Source: Phycisphaerae bacterium (GTDB lineage: Bacteria > Planctomycetota > Phycisphaerae > Sedimentisphaerales > Anaerobacaceae). Taken from it: a stretch of 25,671 nt of DNA. Under the pieces are notes generated by a model. That model did not search any database, was not told where the DNA came from, and saw only the letters and a list, made by a program, of their open reading frames with translations. The translations under genes were made by a program, and so were the position numbers. Of this stretch, positions 1-8,153 are shown one piece after another; the stretch's first letter is position 1, and each line of letters opens with the position of its first letter. The stretch spans positions 1-25,671 of the forward strand of contig JAUVYZ010000001.1 of NCBI GenBank assembly GCA_030602845.1, given 5' to 3'.

Positions 1-497
1 CTCCCGGGTGAAAGACAATACGCCTTCATGGCTTTCTCAAAGGGTTTCTGCTTATCTTTAACTTCCTGTTTTAATTTGTCGATTCTCCCTCTAAAAGGCT
101 TGCCGGCCTCCAGTTCCTCCGCGAGAAGCCTTTTCCTGTCGGCTTCATACTTATCCACCAGCTTAGCTCGCTCTTTGGGGTCGGTGATTTTGGCTATCTC
201 AATAAGGGCTTGATGCCGGGCAATCTGATTCCTGGCATACGTAATATTACTGTTGATACCACGTATCCTCTCGTCATCAAAAGCAGCTTGTTTGAACCAG
301 CTAATCTTTGCACGGATTGGCCTGAGCCGCTCGTCCAGATCGCTGGTGGCTGCTTTCATCTCACCCATGATTTTTTCGAACTGATTATACGTGTGCAGAC
401 TCTCAGAAACCAAGCCGCTAACGTCAGCATCCTGTACAGCACAGGCACCTGCTGCGATGAAAAACATGATTCCCACTTGAACGGTAAGGACACGCAT
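1..497 (-). CDS. Hypothetical exported coiled-coil protein, 3' end outside the window
   Basis: Manual translation from ATG 497 gives MRVLTVQVGIMFFIAAGACAVQDADVSGLVSES...KPFEKAMKAYCLSPG, 165 codons with no stop before the edge. Hydrophobic N-terminus resembles a signal peptide and the body is helical and charged. GAGGG SD overlaps the glyA stop. Absent from the ORF track because it is truncated. Confidence 0.75.
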   Translation of the reverse strand, partial: MRVLTVQVGIMFFIAAGACAVQDADVSGLVSESLHTYNQFEKIMGEMKAATSDLDERLRPIRAKISWFKQAAFDDERIRGINSNITYARNQIARHQALIEIAKITDPKERAKLVDKYEADRKRLLAEELEAGKPFRGRIDKLKQEVKDKQKPFEKAMKAYCLSPG

Positions 498-506
498 GAT
501 TTACCC

Positions 507-1775
507 TCATCCGCTATTTTTGTTCGGTATGATGAAGTGGTCAGGCACAGGAAATGCCGAGCATAAAAGCAGAGCTTCTTTGCCTACCTCCTCGATTACC
601 GATTCGTTATCGATATTTTCAACGACTTTGTTTATGAAGCCGGCAATTTGCTCGGCCTCCGGCTCCTTCATTCCGCGGGTGGTAATTGCCGGGGTGCCCA
701 TACGCAGTCCACTGGGGTTAGATGGATGAGCCGGGTCTAAAGGTGTGGTGTTATAATTAGTAACAATTCTTGCCCTGTCCAGTGCTTTTGCCAGTTTTTT
801 GCCGGAGATGTTTTTATTTCGAAGGTCGATTAAGATTAAATGATTGTCGGTTCCGCCTGATGAAAGGTTAAACCCGTATTCGAGCAGCTTCTCGGCCAGC
901 ACTTTTGCATTTTTGACAATCTGTTTTGCGTAGGTGATAAACTCCGGCGTATCGGCTTCAGCCAGTGCTACGGCGATGGCGGTTAATGTGTGCATATGCG
1001 GGCCGCCCTGCAAGCCCGGAAAGACGGCTTTGTCCACATTTTCTGCGTGTTCTGCTTTGCAAAGTAACATTCCGCCACGAGGTCCCCGCAGTGTCTTGTG
1101 CGTCGTGGTTGATACAATGTCGGCGTAGGGCACCGGGCTTTTGTGTATGCCGGCTACAACAAGGCCGGCAATGTGGGCAATATCACTGACGTGATATGCA
1201 CCCACCTTTTGAGCAATCTGGCCGAATATTTCAAAATCAATCTCGCGAGGATAGGCCGTGGCGCCGGAGATGATGATTCCGGGTTTGTGTTTTTTTGCGA
1301 GCTCTTCAATCCGGTTATAGTCAAATCTGCCGGTGTCGGGGTTGACTGTATATTGGACAGAATTAAATACTTTACTTGTTACACTGACTTTCCAACCGTG
1401 CGTGAGATGCCCGCCGTGGGGGAGAGACAGGCCCATAATCGTATCGCCGGGTTGAACCAGAGCCAGATATGCGGCCCAGTTTGCTACTGAGCCGGAATAG
1501 GGCTGGACGTTTGCGTGGTCGGCCTTGAATATTTTTTTTGCCCGGTCCTGGGCCATTTTTTCGATAAGGTCGGTTACCTGCTGGCCCTCATAGTATCGTT
1601 TGTTGGGGTAGCCTTCGGCATATTTGTTTGTAAGGCAGCTTCCGCTGGCCAACATTACGGCCCTGGACACGTAGTTTTCCGATGGGATAAGGCGAATTGA
1701 GCCGCTTTCGCGTGCCCTTTCCTGCCTTACAAGCTCGTAAATCTGCGGGTCATACAGCTCAAGAGCATTTACCAT
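507..1775 (-). CDS. glyA: Serine hydroxymethyltransferase
   Basis: Motifs LIPSENY, NKYAEGYP, HGGHLTHG, TTTHKTLRGPRG (PLP Lys) and GLQGGP. Start moved from 1829 to ATG 1775, which has a GGAGA SD; the extra 18 codons are repeat-derived. Confidence 0.97.
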   Translation of the reverse strand: MVNALELYDPQIYELVRQERARESGSIRLIPSENYVSRAVMLASGSCLTNKYAEGYPNKRYYEGQQVTDLIEKMAQDRAKKIFKADHANVQPYSGSVANWAAYLALVQPGDTIMGLSLPHGGHLTHGWKVSVTSKVFNSVQYTVNPDTGRFDYNRIEELAKKHKPGIIISGATAYPREIDFEIFGQIAQKVGAYHVSDIAHIAGLVVAGIHKSPVPYADIVSTTTHKTLRGPRGGMLLCKAEHAENVDKAVFPGLQGGPHMHTLTAIAVALAEADTPEFITYAKQIVKNAKVLAEKLLEYGFNLSSGGTDNHLILIDLRNKNISGKKLAKALDRARIVTNYNTTPLDPAHPSNPSGLRMGTPAITTRGMKEPEAEQIAGFINKVVENIDNESVIEEVGKEALLLCSAFPVPDHFIIPNKNSG

Positions 1776-1792
1776 ATTGGTTCTCCATAAAC

Positions 1793-1827
1793 TTGTATCT
1801 GGTGTTTCGTATCTCGCGTCCAGCTTC
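1793..1827. repeat. 7-bp-period array in glyA leader
   Basis: TTGTATC TGGTGTT TCGTATC TCGCGTC CAGCTTC. TCGTATCTCGCG (1807-1818) recurs exactly at 24592-24603. Confidence 0.6.
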
Positions 1828-1885
1828 AAGAAATACGCTTCAGGGTATATATCACAGCTTCACTTTTTATACAAGTTTTTATTTG

Positions 1886-1913
1886 TTGACAAATTTGAGC
1901 GTCGGATTAGGAT
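1886..1913 (+). promoter_or_regulatory. Sigma70-like promoter for the TPR gene and rpsT
   Basis: TTGACA (1886-1891), 16-nt spacer, TAGGAT (1908-1913). The -35 lies inside the palindrome ATTTGT-TG-ACAAAT (1881-1894). Confidence 0.45.
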
Positions 1914-1958
1914 AAGCGGGTTAAATGAGGCGTTAGAAAAAGGAACCGGTTAAAAGGT

Positions 1959-3365
1959 ATGGAAGAAAAAGGTATAGGAGAGTCTATTAAGGCGGCGGTT
2001 TTCTTTGAAAGAGCCCGAAAGGTGGCGGAGACAAATAACTTCGATTACGCTATCGATATGTACCTCGAAGGGCTGCGATGTACGCCGGAGGCGCTGCAGC
2101 ACGGGCATATACCGCTTTACGAATTGGCGCTGGTCAGGCAGGGAAAAGGCGGCAAGAAGCCGTCAATGATGGAAAGAATGAAGCGTCTGCGAGGTAAAAC
2201 GCCGCTCGAGCAGATGCTTAACGCCGAGTACCTTTTCGCCAAGGACCCCGGGCATTTGCCGTATGCCGAGCATATACTAAAAGCTGCGGTGGCAGGCGAT
2301 TACAAGCAGACGGCCAAGTGGATTGCTGATTTGGTGTTTCAGGGAAATAATGCTGCGCGAAGACCATCTTTACAAACATATCTCCTGTTAAAAGATTCGT
2401 ACAAAACCATTGGTGAATTCGACAGGGCGATTATAGCGTGCCAACATGCCTCTCGTCTTAAACCGGAGGACGGCGACTTGGCGGACGAGTTCAAGAACCT
2501 CACAGCCGAGCTGACTGTTGCCAGGGGCAGGTATGACCAGGAGGGTGATTTCAGGCAGTCCATCAAGGATCGGGAGGCGCAGGAAAAACTTCACGCGCAG
2601 GAGGGTGTTGTCAAGACGGAGGATTACCGGATGTTGGCGGTTGAAGAGGCCAGAAAAGGACTGGCCGAGGACCCAAATCTGCCGAAGCACATATTAAATT
2701 TGGCGCAGGCGCTGTCGGATTTGCGAAACGACGAAGCTGAGAATGAAGCGATAGAGCTGCTGGAAAATGCGTATAAAAGTAAAAGCGATTTTAGCTTTAA
2801 GCAGCGGGCGGGGCTGTTCAGAATAAAACAGCTCAAACGCAAGGTAAGAGCGGCGAAAGCAGCTCTTGAGACTAAGCCGGACGAGGCGCAAGCCAGGGCT
2901 AAGGTCGCAGAATTGTCGGCGCAGCTAAACAGCACTGAATTAGAGCACTATCGGCTCTGCGTGGAGAACTACCCGACCGACCTGCAGGCCAAGTACGAAT
3001 ATGGTGTTCGTCTGGTTCGGGATAAACGGTATGACGATGCAATACCTTTGTTCCAGGAGGCGCAGAAAGACCCGCGACGAAAGATTTCATCGATGGATAA
3101 AATCGGCTACTGCTTTTATATGAAGGGCTGGTATGCAGACGCAATCGATGTTTTTAGCCGGGCGATAGAGGCCCACGAGATAAAAGATGACGGTGTCGCC
3201 AAGGAATTGCGGTACAATCTGGCCTGCTCTTATGAGCAGCAGGGTGATACGGAAAAGGCGCTGGAGATTTATCGGAAAATTGCCCAGCTTGATTTTGGAT
3301 ACAAGGATGTCCGCCAGCGAGTAGATAAGTTGAGAAGGAAGGGGACTGAGCCAAGGTCCCAGTAA
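1959..3365 (+). CDS. Tetratricopeptide-repeat protein
   Basis: 468-aa ORF with TPR signatures (YDYAIDMYLEGL, YEYGVRLVRDKRYDDAIPLFQEA, YNLACSYEQQGDTEKALEIYRKI) and an AAAGG SD. Confidence 0.9.
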   Translation: MEEKGIGESIKAAVFFERARKVAETNNFDYAIDMYLEGLRCTPEALQHGHIPLYELALVRQGKGGKKPSMMERMKRLRGKTPLEQMLNAEYLFAKDPGHLPYAEHILKAAVAGDYKQTAKWIADLVFQGNNAARRPSLQTYLLLKDSYKTIGEFDRAIIACQHASRLKPEDGDLADEFKNLTAELTVARGRYDQEGDFRQSIKDREAQEKLHAQEGVVKTEDYRMLAVEEARKGLAEDPNLPKHILNLAQALSDLRNDEAENEAIELLENAYKSKSDFSFKQRAGLFRIKQLKRKVRAAKAALETKPDEAQARAKVAELSAQLNSTELEHYRLCVENYPTDLQAKYEYGVRLVRDKRYDDAIPLFQEAQKDPRRKISSMDKIGYCFYMKGWYADAIDVFSRAIEAHEIKDDGVAKELRYNLACSYEQQGDTEKALEIYRKIAQLDFGYKDVRQRVDKLRRKGTEPRSQ

Positions 3366-3417
3366 ATGTTTATGAGTGTTTGTAAATGAAGCAGCGATGG
3401 TTTTTTAGGAGACTATA

Positions 3418-3693
3418 GTGGCACATTCGTTATCAGCGAAAAAAAGAGTGAAACAAAATGCCAAAAGAAGGACGATTAATCGCGCACGTAAGAGCCAGGT
3501 AAAGACACAAATCAAGCATTTTGAGACGGCTTCGAGCGGCGGTGACATAGAAGCGGCGAGCGAGCAATACCAGCTCATTGTCCGCAAGCTGGACAAAACC
3601 GCAGCTACCAGCACAATGCATAAAAGGACTGCCGCACGAAAGAAATCACGTCTTGCCAGGCGACTTAACAGTCTCAAGGCAAAAAAGGGGTAA
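3418..3693 (+). CDS. rpsT: 30S ribosomal protein S20
   Basis: 91 aa, SAKKRVKQNAKRRTINRARKS...MHKRTAARKKSRLA; GTG start with AGGAG SD. Confidence 0.97.
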   Translation: MAHSLSAKKRVKQNAKRRTINRARKSQVKTQIKHFETASSGGDIEAASEQYQLIVRKLDKTAATSTMHKRTAARKKSRLARRLNSLKAKKG

Positions 3694-3820
3694 AACGTCA
3701 CCTATGAGCCGCAAGACGTTAGACGACAATCATAAATATTGTGTCGGTCGTGGCATAAGAGGTGCAGAGAAGGGTCGCGACCGGCGACAGAATCACAGTT
3801 AGATTTGGAGGTGTAAAGAA

Positions 3821-4084
3821 ATGGATACACGCTTTATTACAGGTGTGCTGCTGAGATGTTTCATATATAGCTTTGTGCTGCTGCTGATTTGGTTTGTATT
3901 GTTCTTAGCCGCAGGTGGGTGGATGTATTATTTTCATAGCGCGATGTTCGACATAACCCTGCACGAGTTCGATGTAATGAATTACTGTGGGATGGGACTG
4001 CTCAAGATACTTGTGTTTGTGGGCTTCCTCATTCCATATATAGCAATTCGATTGACCGCCAAGAAGCAAAATTCGTCTAATTAG
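3821..4084 (+). CDS. Small membrane protein, DUF6868-like
   Basis: 87 aa with 2-3 hydrophobic segments. YYFHSAMF...FDVMNYCGMGLLKILV...IPYIAIRL resembles DUF6868 as I recall it. GGAGG SD. Confidence 0.75.
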   Translation: MDTRFITGVLLRCFIYSFVLLLIWFVLFLAAGGWMYYFHSAMFDITLHEFDVMNYCGMGLLKILVFVGFLIPYIAIRLTAKKQNSSN

Positions 4085-4140
4085 TCGATTAAGCGGAGGT
4101 TTTCGCTTCGCAAAGCCGCCGCTGAGCTCAAATGTTCGAT
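4075..4140 (+). mobile_element. Degenerate attC-like integron recombination site (66 bp)
   Basis: Canonical spacing: GTCTAAT (R''), 5 nt, GATTAAGC (L''), 26-nt imperfect hairpin with TTC loop, GCTGAGC (L'), 6 nt, GTTCGAT (R'). It overlaps the upstream stop. L boxes pair at only about 5 of 7 positions. Confidence 0.5.
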
Positions 4141-4143
4141 GCT

Positions 4144-4494
4144 ATGAAAAGAATTCTGATTTTGCTTCTTCTGGGTCTGGCAGGTTGCCAGATGGCTGGC
4201 CATGCAACCAAAAACCCAGTCTCAGCGGAAGTATACGAAAGATGGCGGAAGGACAATTCGTACTATGCGTTGATCGAGATCATCGATGTGCACCTCGACC
4301 GTCCGGACTGGAGCCGAGCGACCAAGCAGGATGTTCTCAAGCATCTCGGCAAGCCAAATTGGCAGACCATCAACCAAGATCCAGAGAGAGAATGGGGCTA
4401 CCAAGGCATGAGGCACGTGCCTTATCAGAACAAGGCGATCTTCGAATTCAATGACCAGGGCGAGTTGATTGAAATCTACTGGCTCTCAGAATGA
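4144..4494 (+). CDS. Lipoprotein with SmpA/BamE-like small alpha/beta domain
   Basis: MKRILILLLLGLAGC lipobox signal, so ATG 4144 is preferred over 4132. TKQDVLKHLGKP...EWGY pattern. Confidence 0.75.
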   Translation: MKRILILLLLGLAGCQMAGHATKNPVSAEVYERWRKDNSYYALIEIIDVHLDRPDWSRATKQDVLKHLGKPNWQTINQDPEREWGYQGMRHVPYQNKAIFEFNDQGELIEIYWLSE

Positions 4495-4553
4495 GAACAT
4501 TGAGCGGCCCGCGTGATTACCGCGGCTGCGGGGCTATCTTGTTGGACAGGACA

Positions 4554-5621
4554 ATGCTTGGCAAGAAGGTATTCTTTACAGGTTTTTTTCTTGGGCTATT
4601 TGTCGCCGATGTAGTATCGGGCGCAAACACGAATCTTAATGCGGCAATTAACTTCTCCGGGATTAAGTCCCCTATCGTGTTACGGGGTGATTCAAGAATA
4701 GCATACCGTGACCCAGCTGGGCTCTATCACGCTGGAACATTCTATCTGTTTTATACGCTCGTGCGAACGGAAGAAGACGGCCTGATCTACTCATACACGG
4801 CCGTTAGTACATCACGCGATTTGCAGGGCTGGTCGGCGCCAAGAATCATCACGCCAAAGGGACAGCACCTGAACTTCTCAAGTCCGGGCAATGTGGTGCG
4901 TTTCGCCGACGTCTGGGTTCTGTGCCTGCAGACGTATCCGCGGCCGGAGTATCAGCGGGGTGAGAAGCTGCGCTGGGCCAATAATAAGGCCCGTTTGTTT
5001 ATCATGCGGAGCAAGGACCTGCTGCGCTGGAGCGAACCCGAGCTGCTGCGTGTAAAGGGCCCGGACATACCGCTGGAAAAGATGGGGCGAATGATAGACC
5101 CGTACCTTATTGAAGACAAAGACGAGCCCGGCAAGTGGTGGTGCTTTTACAAACAACACGGGGTAAGTCTTTCGTGGTCTTACGACCTGGCGAATTGGAC
5201 TTATTTCGGGCGCGCCGATAGTGGTGAAAATGTGTGCGTTCTCGTTGACGATGACGAATATGTGCTCTTTCATTCTCCCGGCAATGGCATCGGAGTCAAA
5301 CGCTCGAAGGATTTGAAACAATGGCGTGATGTCAACGGCCTTATCACACTCGGCCAGAAGCAGTGGCCCTGGGCGGAAAACAGAATTACCGCGGGAGTTG
5401 TGCTGGATTTACGAAAAGAACCTCGCATCGGAAAATACCTGATGTTTTTTCATGGTGGCGGCCCAGGAAAGAAGAAGACCCAGGATAACGTGGATGCCAA
5501 TTGCTCTTTAGGGATTGCATGGAGTGATGACCTAAAGAACTGGAGCTGGCCCGGAAAAGTTCCTGTCCCACAGGGCACCCCCGCCCAGAGGACGCGCCTT
5601 CGGCGAGTCGATAGTGAATAG
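4554..5621 (+). CDS. Secreted five-bladed beta-propeller glycoside hydrolase (GH43/GH32/GH117-like)
   Basis: ATG 4554 has a GGACAGGA SD and a signal-peptide-like start (MLGKKVFFTGFFLGLFVADVVSGA). Propeller motifs YRDPA, MIDPYL, repeated S.DL..W. Confidence 0.78.
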   Translation: MLGKKVFFTGFFLGLFVADVVSGANTNLNAAINFSGIKSPIVLRGDSRIAYRDPAGLYHAGTFYLFYTLVRTEEDGLIYSYTAVSTSRDLQGWSAPRIITPKGQHLNFSSPGNVVRFADVWVLCLQTYPRPEYQRGEKLRWANNKARLFIMRSKDLLRWSEPELLRVKGPDIPLEKMGRMIDPYLIEDKDEPGKWWCFYKQHGVSLSWSYDLANWTYFGRADSGENVCVLVDDDEYVLFHSPGNGIGVKRSKDLKQWRDVNGLITLGQKQWPWAENRITAGVVLDLRKEPRIGKYLMFFHGGGPGKKKTQDNVDANCSLGIAWSDDLKNWSWPGKVPVPQGTPAQRTRLRRVDSE

Positions 5622-5630
5622 TCGTTAGTA
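5565..5630 (+). mobile_element. Heavily decayed attC-like remnant overlapping the GH 3' end
   Basis: GTCCCAC ... CAGAGGAC-GCGCC-TTC-GGCGAGTC ... GTTAGTA. Central TTC-loop hairpin and a terminal GTT are present; L boxes do not pair. Confidence 0.3.
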
Positions 5631-5643
5631 TTTAGCACAATGA

Positions 5644-5673
5644 AAACCCTGGCGGAGCCAGGGTTTGTTTTTT
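5644..5673 (+). terminator. Intrinsic terminator
   Basis: AAACCCTGGC-GGA-GCCAGGGTTT perfect 10-bp stem followed by GTTTTTT. Confidence 0.85.
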
Positions 5674-5728
5674 AGAATGTGTGTGGTTGAACCCGGGTGG
5701 AGGCGTGAGGTAAACGATATGGAAGAAA

Positions 5729-5751
5729 CCCCAAGTAAATTTGGGGCTAAA
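5729..5751. repeat. REP-like TAAA-loop hairpin
   Basis: CCCCAA-GTAAAT-TTGGGG-CTAAA; same architecture as 12944 and 20697. Confidence 0.6.
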
Positions 5752-5786
5752 CGATGATGAGAAAGGATAGTTAGATGAGAAGGGTA

Positions 5787-8051
5787 ATGGAGAAAAAAAA
5801 CAGCACATTGGTTTTTTTGATATTTTCGGTGTGCCTGGGAATCTGTCCAGTCGCAACTGGGGCGGAGGAATCGGAAGACCCGTTGGGTCAATATAATGTG
5901 GTTTGGGCGACGCCGAGTAAGGGTTCGTCGGGGTCGATGCCGATAGGTAACGGTGACATCGGGCTGAACGTCTGGGTCGAGGAAGGCGGCGACCTTCTCT
6001 TTTATATCAGTAAGACCGATGCATGGAGTGAGAACGCGCGCTTACTCAAGCTCGGGATGGTGCGAGTGAAGCTGTCGCCGAATCCCTTTGAAAAGGGGAT
6101 GGCGTTTAAGCAGACTCTGAAGCTGCGCCAGGGAGAGATTGAGATAACAGCCGGGCCGGCTGAGCGAAAGGTAACGCTGCGTGTATGGGTGGATGCCAAC
6201 CGGCAGGTCATACGTGTTGAAGCCGAGGGTAAACAGGACTTTAATCTTGAGACGCACCTTGAGGTATGGCGCAGAGTCAAGCGGGAACTCAAGGGAAACG
6301 AAGCGAACAGCGCTCGCGGGCTAACTCGTAACGACAAGGGCGATTATCCAATCATTGTCTATCCCGACACTATTGCGCCCGCCAAAGACAACCGCATTGT
6401 ATGGTATCATCGAAATGAGAAGTCCTGTTATCCAATAACGCTTAAGAATCAACACCTCGGCGAGCTGCTGGCCAGGTATCCTGACCCGCTTATGCACCGG
6501 ACGTTCGGCGGATGTATCAAAGGTGACGGCCTGAAAGCCGTTGATGATGAGACTCTTAAATCGGCCAGGCCGAGCAGGCGTTTTGCGGTTTCGATTTATC
6601 CTCTGACGGCGCGGACCAAAACCAGCGACATCTGGTTGAGAGTGCTGGAGGCACAGGTAAGGGCGGTTGAGGCGGTAGATTTGGAAACCGCGCGCGCAGC
6701 GCACAGGAAGTGGTGGGATATGTTCTGGAAGCGAAGCTGGATTTTCGTCAGCGGGGCAGAAGATGCTGAGACGGTCACGCGTGGGTATGTGCTGCAGCGG
6801 TGGATTAATGCGTGCGGCGGCCGAGGGGCTTACCCCATCAAGTTCAACGGCTCAATCTTTACGGTCGATGCCCGGATTGGTAAGGAGCATTTTGATGGTG
6901 ATTATCGACGCTGGGGCGGGATGTATTGGTGGCAAAACACGCGACTTCCGTACTGGTCGATGCCGGCGTCGGGTGACTTCGATTTGATGCAGCCGTTGTT
7001 CCGGATGTACAACAATGTGCTCGGGCTGTGCAGGGACAAGACAAAGATTTACTATAAGCACGATGGCGTTTTCTTCCCGGAGACGATGTACTTCTGGGGT
7101 ACAAATGGAAATTGCGATTACGGGTGGGGACATAAAGGGCCTGAAACGATTAACCAATACATCCGGCGGGAATGGCAGGGCGGAATTGAAATAGCCGCGA
7201 TGATGTTAGACTACTACGCGATTACGCAAGATGAAAAGTTTCTGCGTGATATACTGCTTCTGTTGGCTGAAGAGACCATTACTTTCTTTGATGAGCACTG
7301 GGAGCGGGACGAGGAGGGCAAGATTCGCTTCGAGCCGGCCCAGTCGTTAGAGACGTGGTGGGAGTGCGTAAATCCGCTGCCGGAGGTTGCGGGGCTTCGG
7401 TATGTGCTCGGTCGGCTGCTGGAACTGCCGGCGGATTTGACGACGAGGGCGCAGCGTAAAAAATGGAAGAAGACGCTGGCGGACCTGCCGGCACTGCCGA
7501 TGAAAGAAGAGAATGGCAAACATTTTGTGCTGCCTGCGGAGAAATATAGCATGAAGCGAAACCAGGAGAATCCGGAGTTGTACGCCATTTTTCCGTACCG
7601 AGTTTTTGGCGTTGGCAAGGCGGATGTGGAGATTGGTCTTGAGACATATAACCGGCGGGTGCACAAGGGGACGGGAGGTTGGTATCAGACAGCAATTCAG
7701 GCGGCGTATCTTGGCTTGAGCGGGGACGCGTCGAAATTTGTGACGAAGAATTTCTCAACCAAACACGCAGGGAGCCGGTTCCCCGCCTTCTGGGGGCCGA
7801 ACTATGACTGGATACCCGACCAGGACCACGGCAGCGTTGCGATGACAGCGCTGCAACGAATGTTGATACAAACCGAGGGCAGAAAAATCCTGCTGTTTGG
7901 CGCCTGGCCGAAAGAATGGAACGTTGAATTCAAATTGCACGCACCTATGAACACAACGGTGGAAGGCGTGTATAGGGATGGTAAACTCCAGCAGCTAAAA
8001 GTAGTACCGCGGTCGCGGGCAAGGGACGTGGTGACAATGGAGCCGCAGTGA
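5787..8051 (+). CDS. Secreted DUF5703-type, GH95-like glycoside hydrolase
   Basis: Signal peptide (alternative start 5775). N-terminal SGSMPIGNGDIGLNVW and KTDAWSEN; C-terminal FNGSIFT, WWQNTRLPYW, ENPELYAIFP, DQDHG, LLFGAWPKEW, consistent with an (alpha/alpha)6 barrel. Confidence 0.8.
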   Translation: MEKKNSTLVFLIFSVCLGICPVATGAEESEDPLGQYNVVWATPSKGSSGSMPIGNGDIGLNVWVEEGGDLLFYISKTDAWSENARLLKLGMVRVKLSPNPFEKGMAFKQTLKLRQGEIEITAGPAERKVTLRVWVDANRQVIRVEAEGKQDFNLETHLEVWRRVKRELKGNEANSARGLTRNDKGDYPIIVYPDTIAPAKDNRIVWYHRNEKSCYPITLKNQHLGELLARYPDPLMHRTFGGCIKGDGLKAVDDETLKSARPSRRFAVSIYPLTARTKTSDIWLRVLEAQVRAVEAVDLETARAAHRKWWDMFWKRSWIFVSGAEDAETVTRGYVLQRWINACGGRGAYPIKFNGSIFTVDARIGKEHFDGDYRRWGGMYWWQNTRLPYWSMPASGDFDLMQPLFRMYNNVLGLCRDKTKIYYKHDGVFFPETMYFWGTNGNCDYGWGHKGPETINQYIRREWQGGIEIAAMMLDYYAITQDEKFLRDILLLLAEETITFFDEHWERDEEGKIRFEPAQSLETWWECVNPLPEVAGLRYVLGRLLELPADLTTRAQRKKWKKTLADLPALPMKEENGKHFVLPAEKYSMKRNQENPELYAIFPYRVFGVGKADVEIGLETYNRRVHKGTGGWYQTAIQAAYLGLSGDASKFVTKNFSTKHAGSRFPAFWGPNYDWIPDQDHGSVAMTALQRMLIQTEGRKILLFGAWPKEWNVEFKLHAPMNTTVEGVYRDGKLQQLKVVPRSRARDVVTMEPQ

Positions 8052-8153
8052 CTTTATAAAAAGGTATTCGGGCTGTATGAACGAGGGCCGAACCATTCGT
8101 TCAATTACAGAGTGTACGCCACACTTATGTGTGGGGTATTATAGATTTGTCAA

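Noticed and set aside
1776-1958. ZTP or glycine riboswitch upstream of glyA
   Set aside because: No conserved riboswitch core motifs visible; the leader is short and occupied by a heptamer array.
3704-3802. 32-codon ORF, or a complete attC, between rpsT and the first cassette-like gene
   Set aside because: No SD for the ORF. A GGTCGTG/CGCGACC hairpin and GTTAGAT exist, but no RYYYAAC box at the right spacing, so only the core site is used as evidence.
8078-8104. GCCGAAC-CATTC-GTTCAATT resembling the left half of an attC after the DUF5703 gene
   Set aside because: No matching L'/R' half downstream; it is adequately explained by a local TGAACGA/TCGTTCA hairpin.
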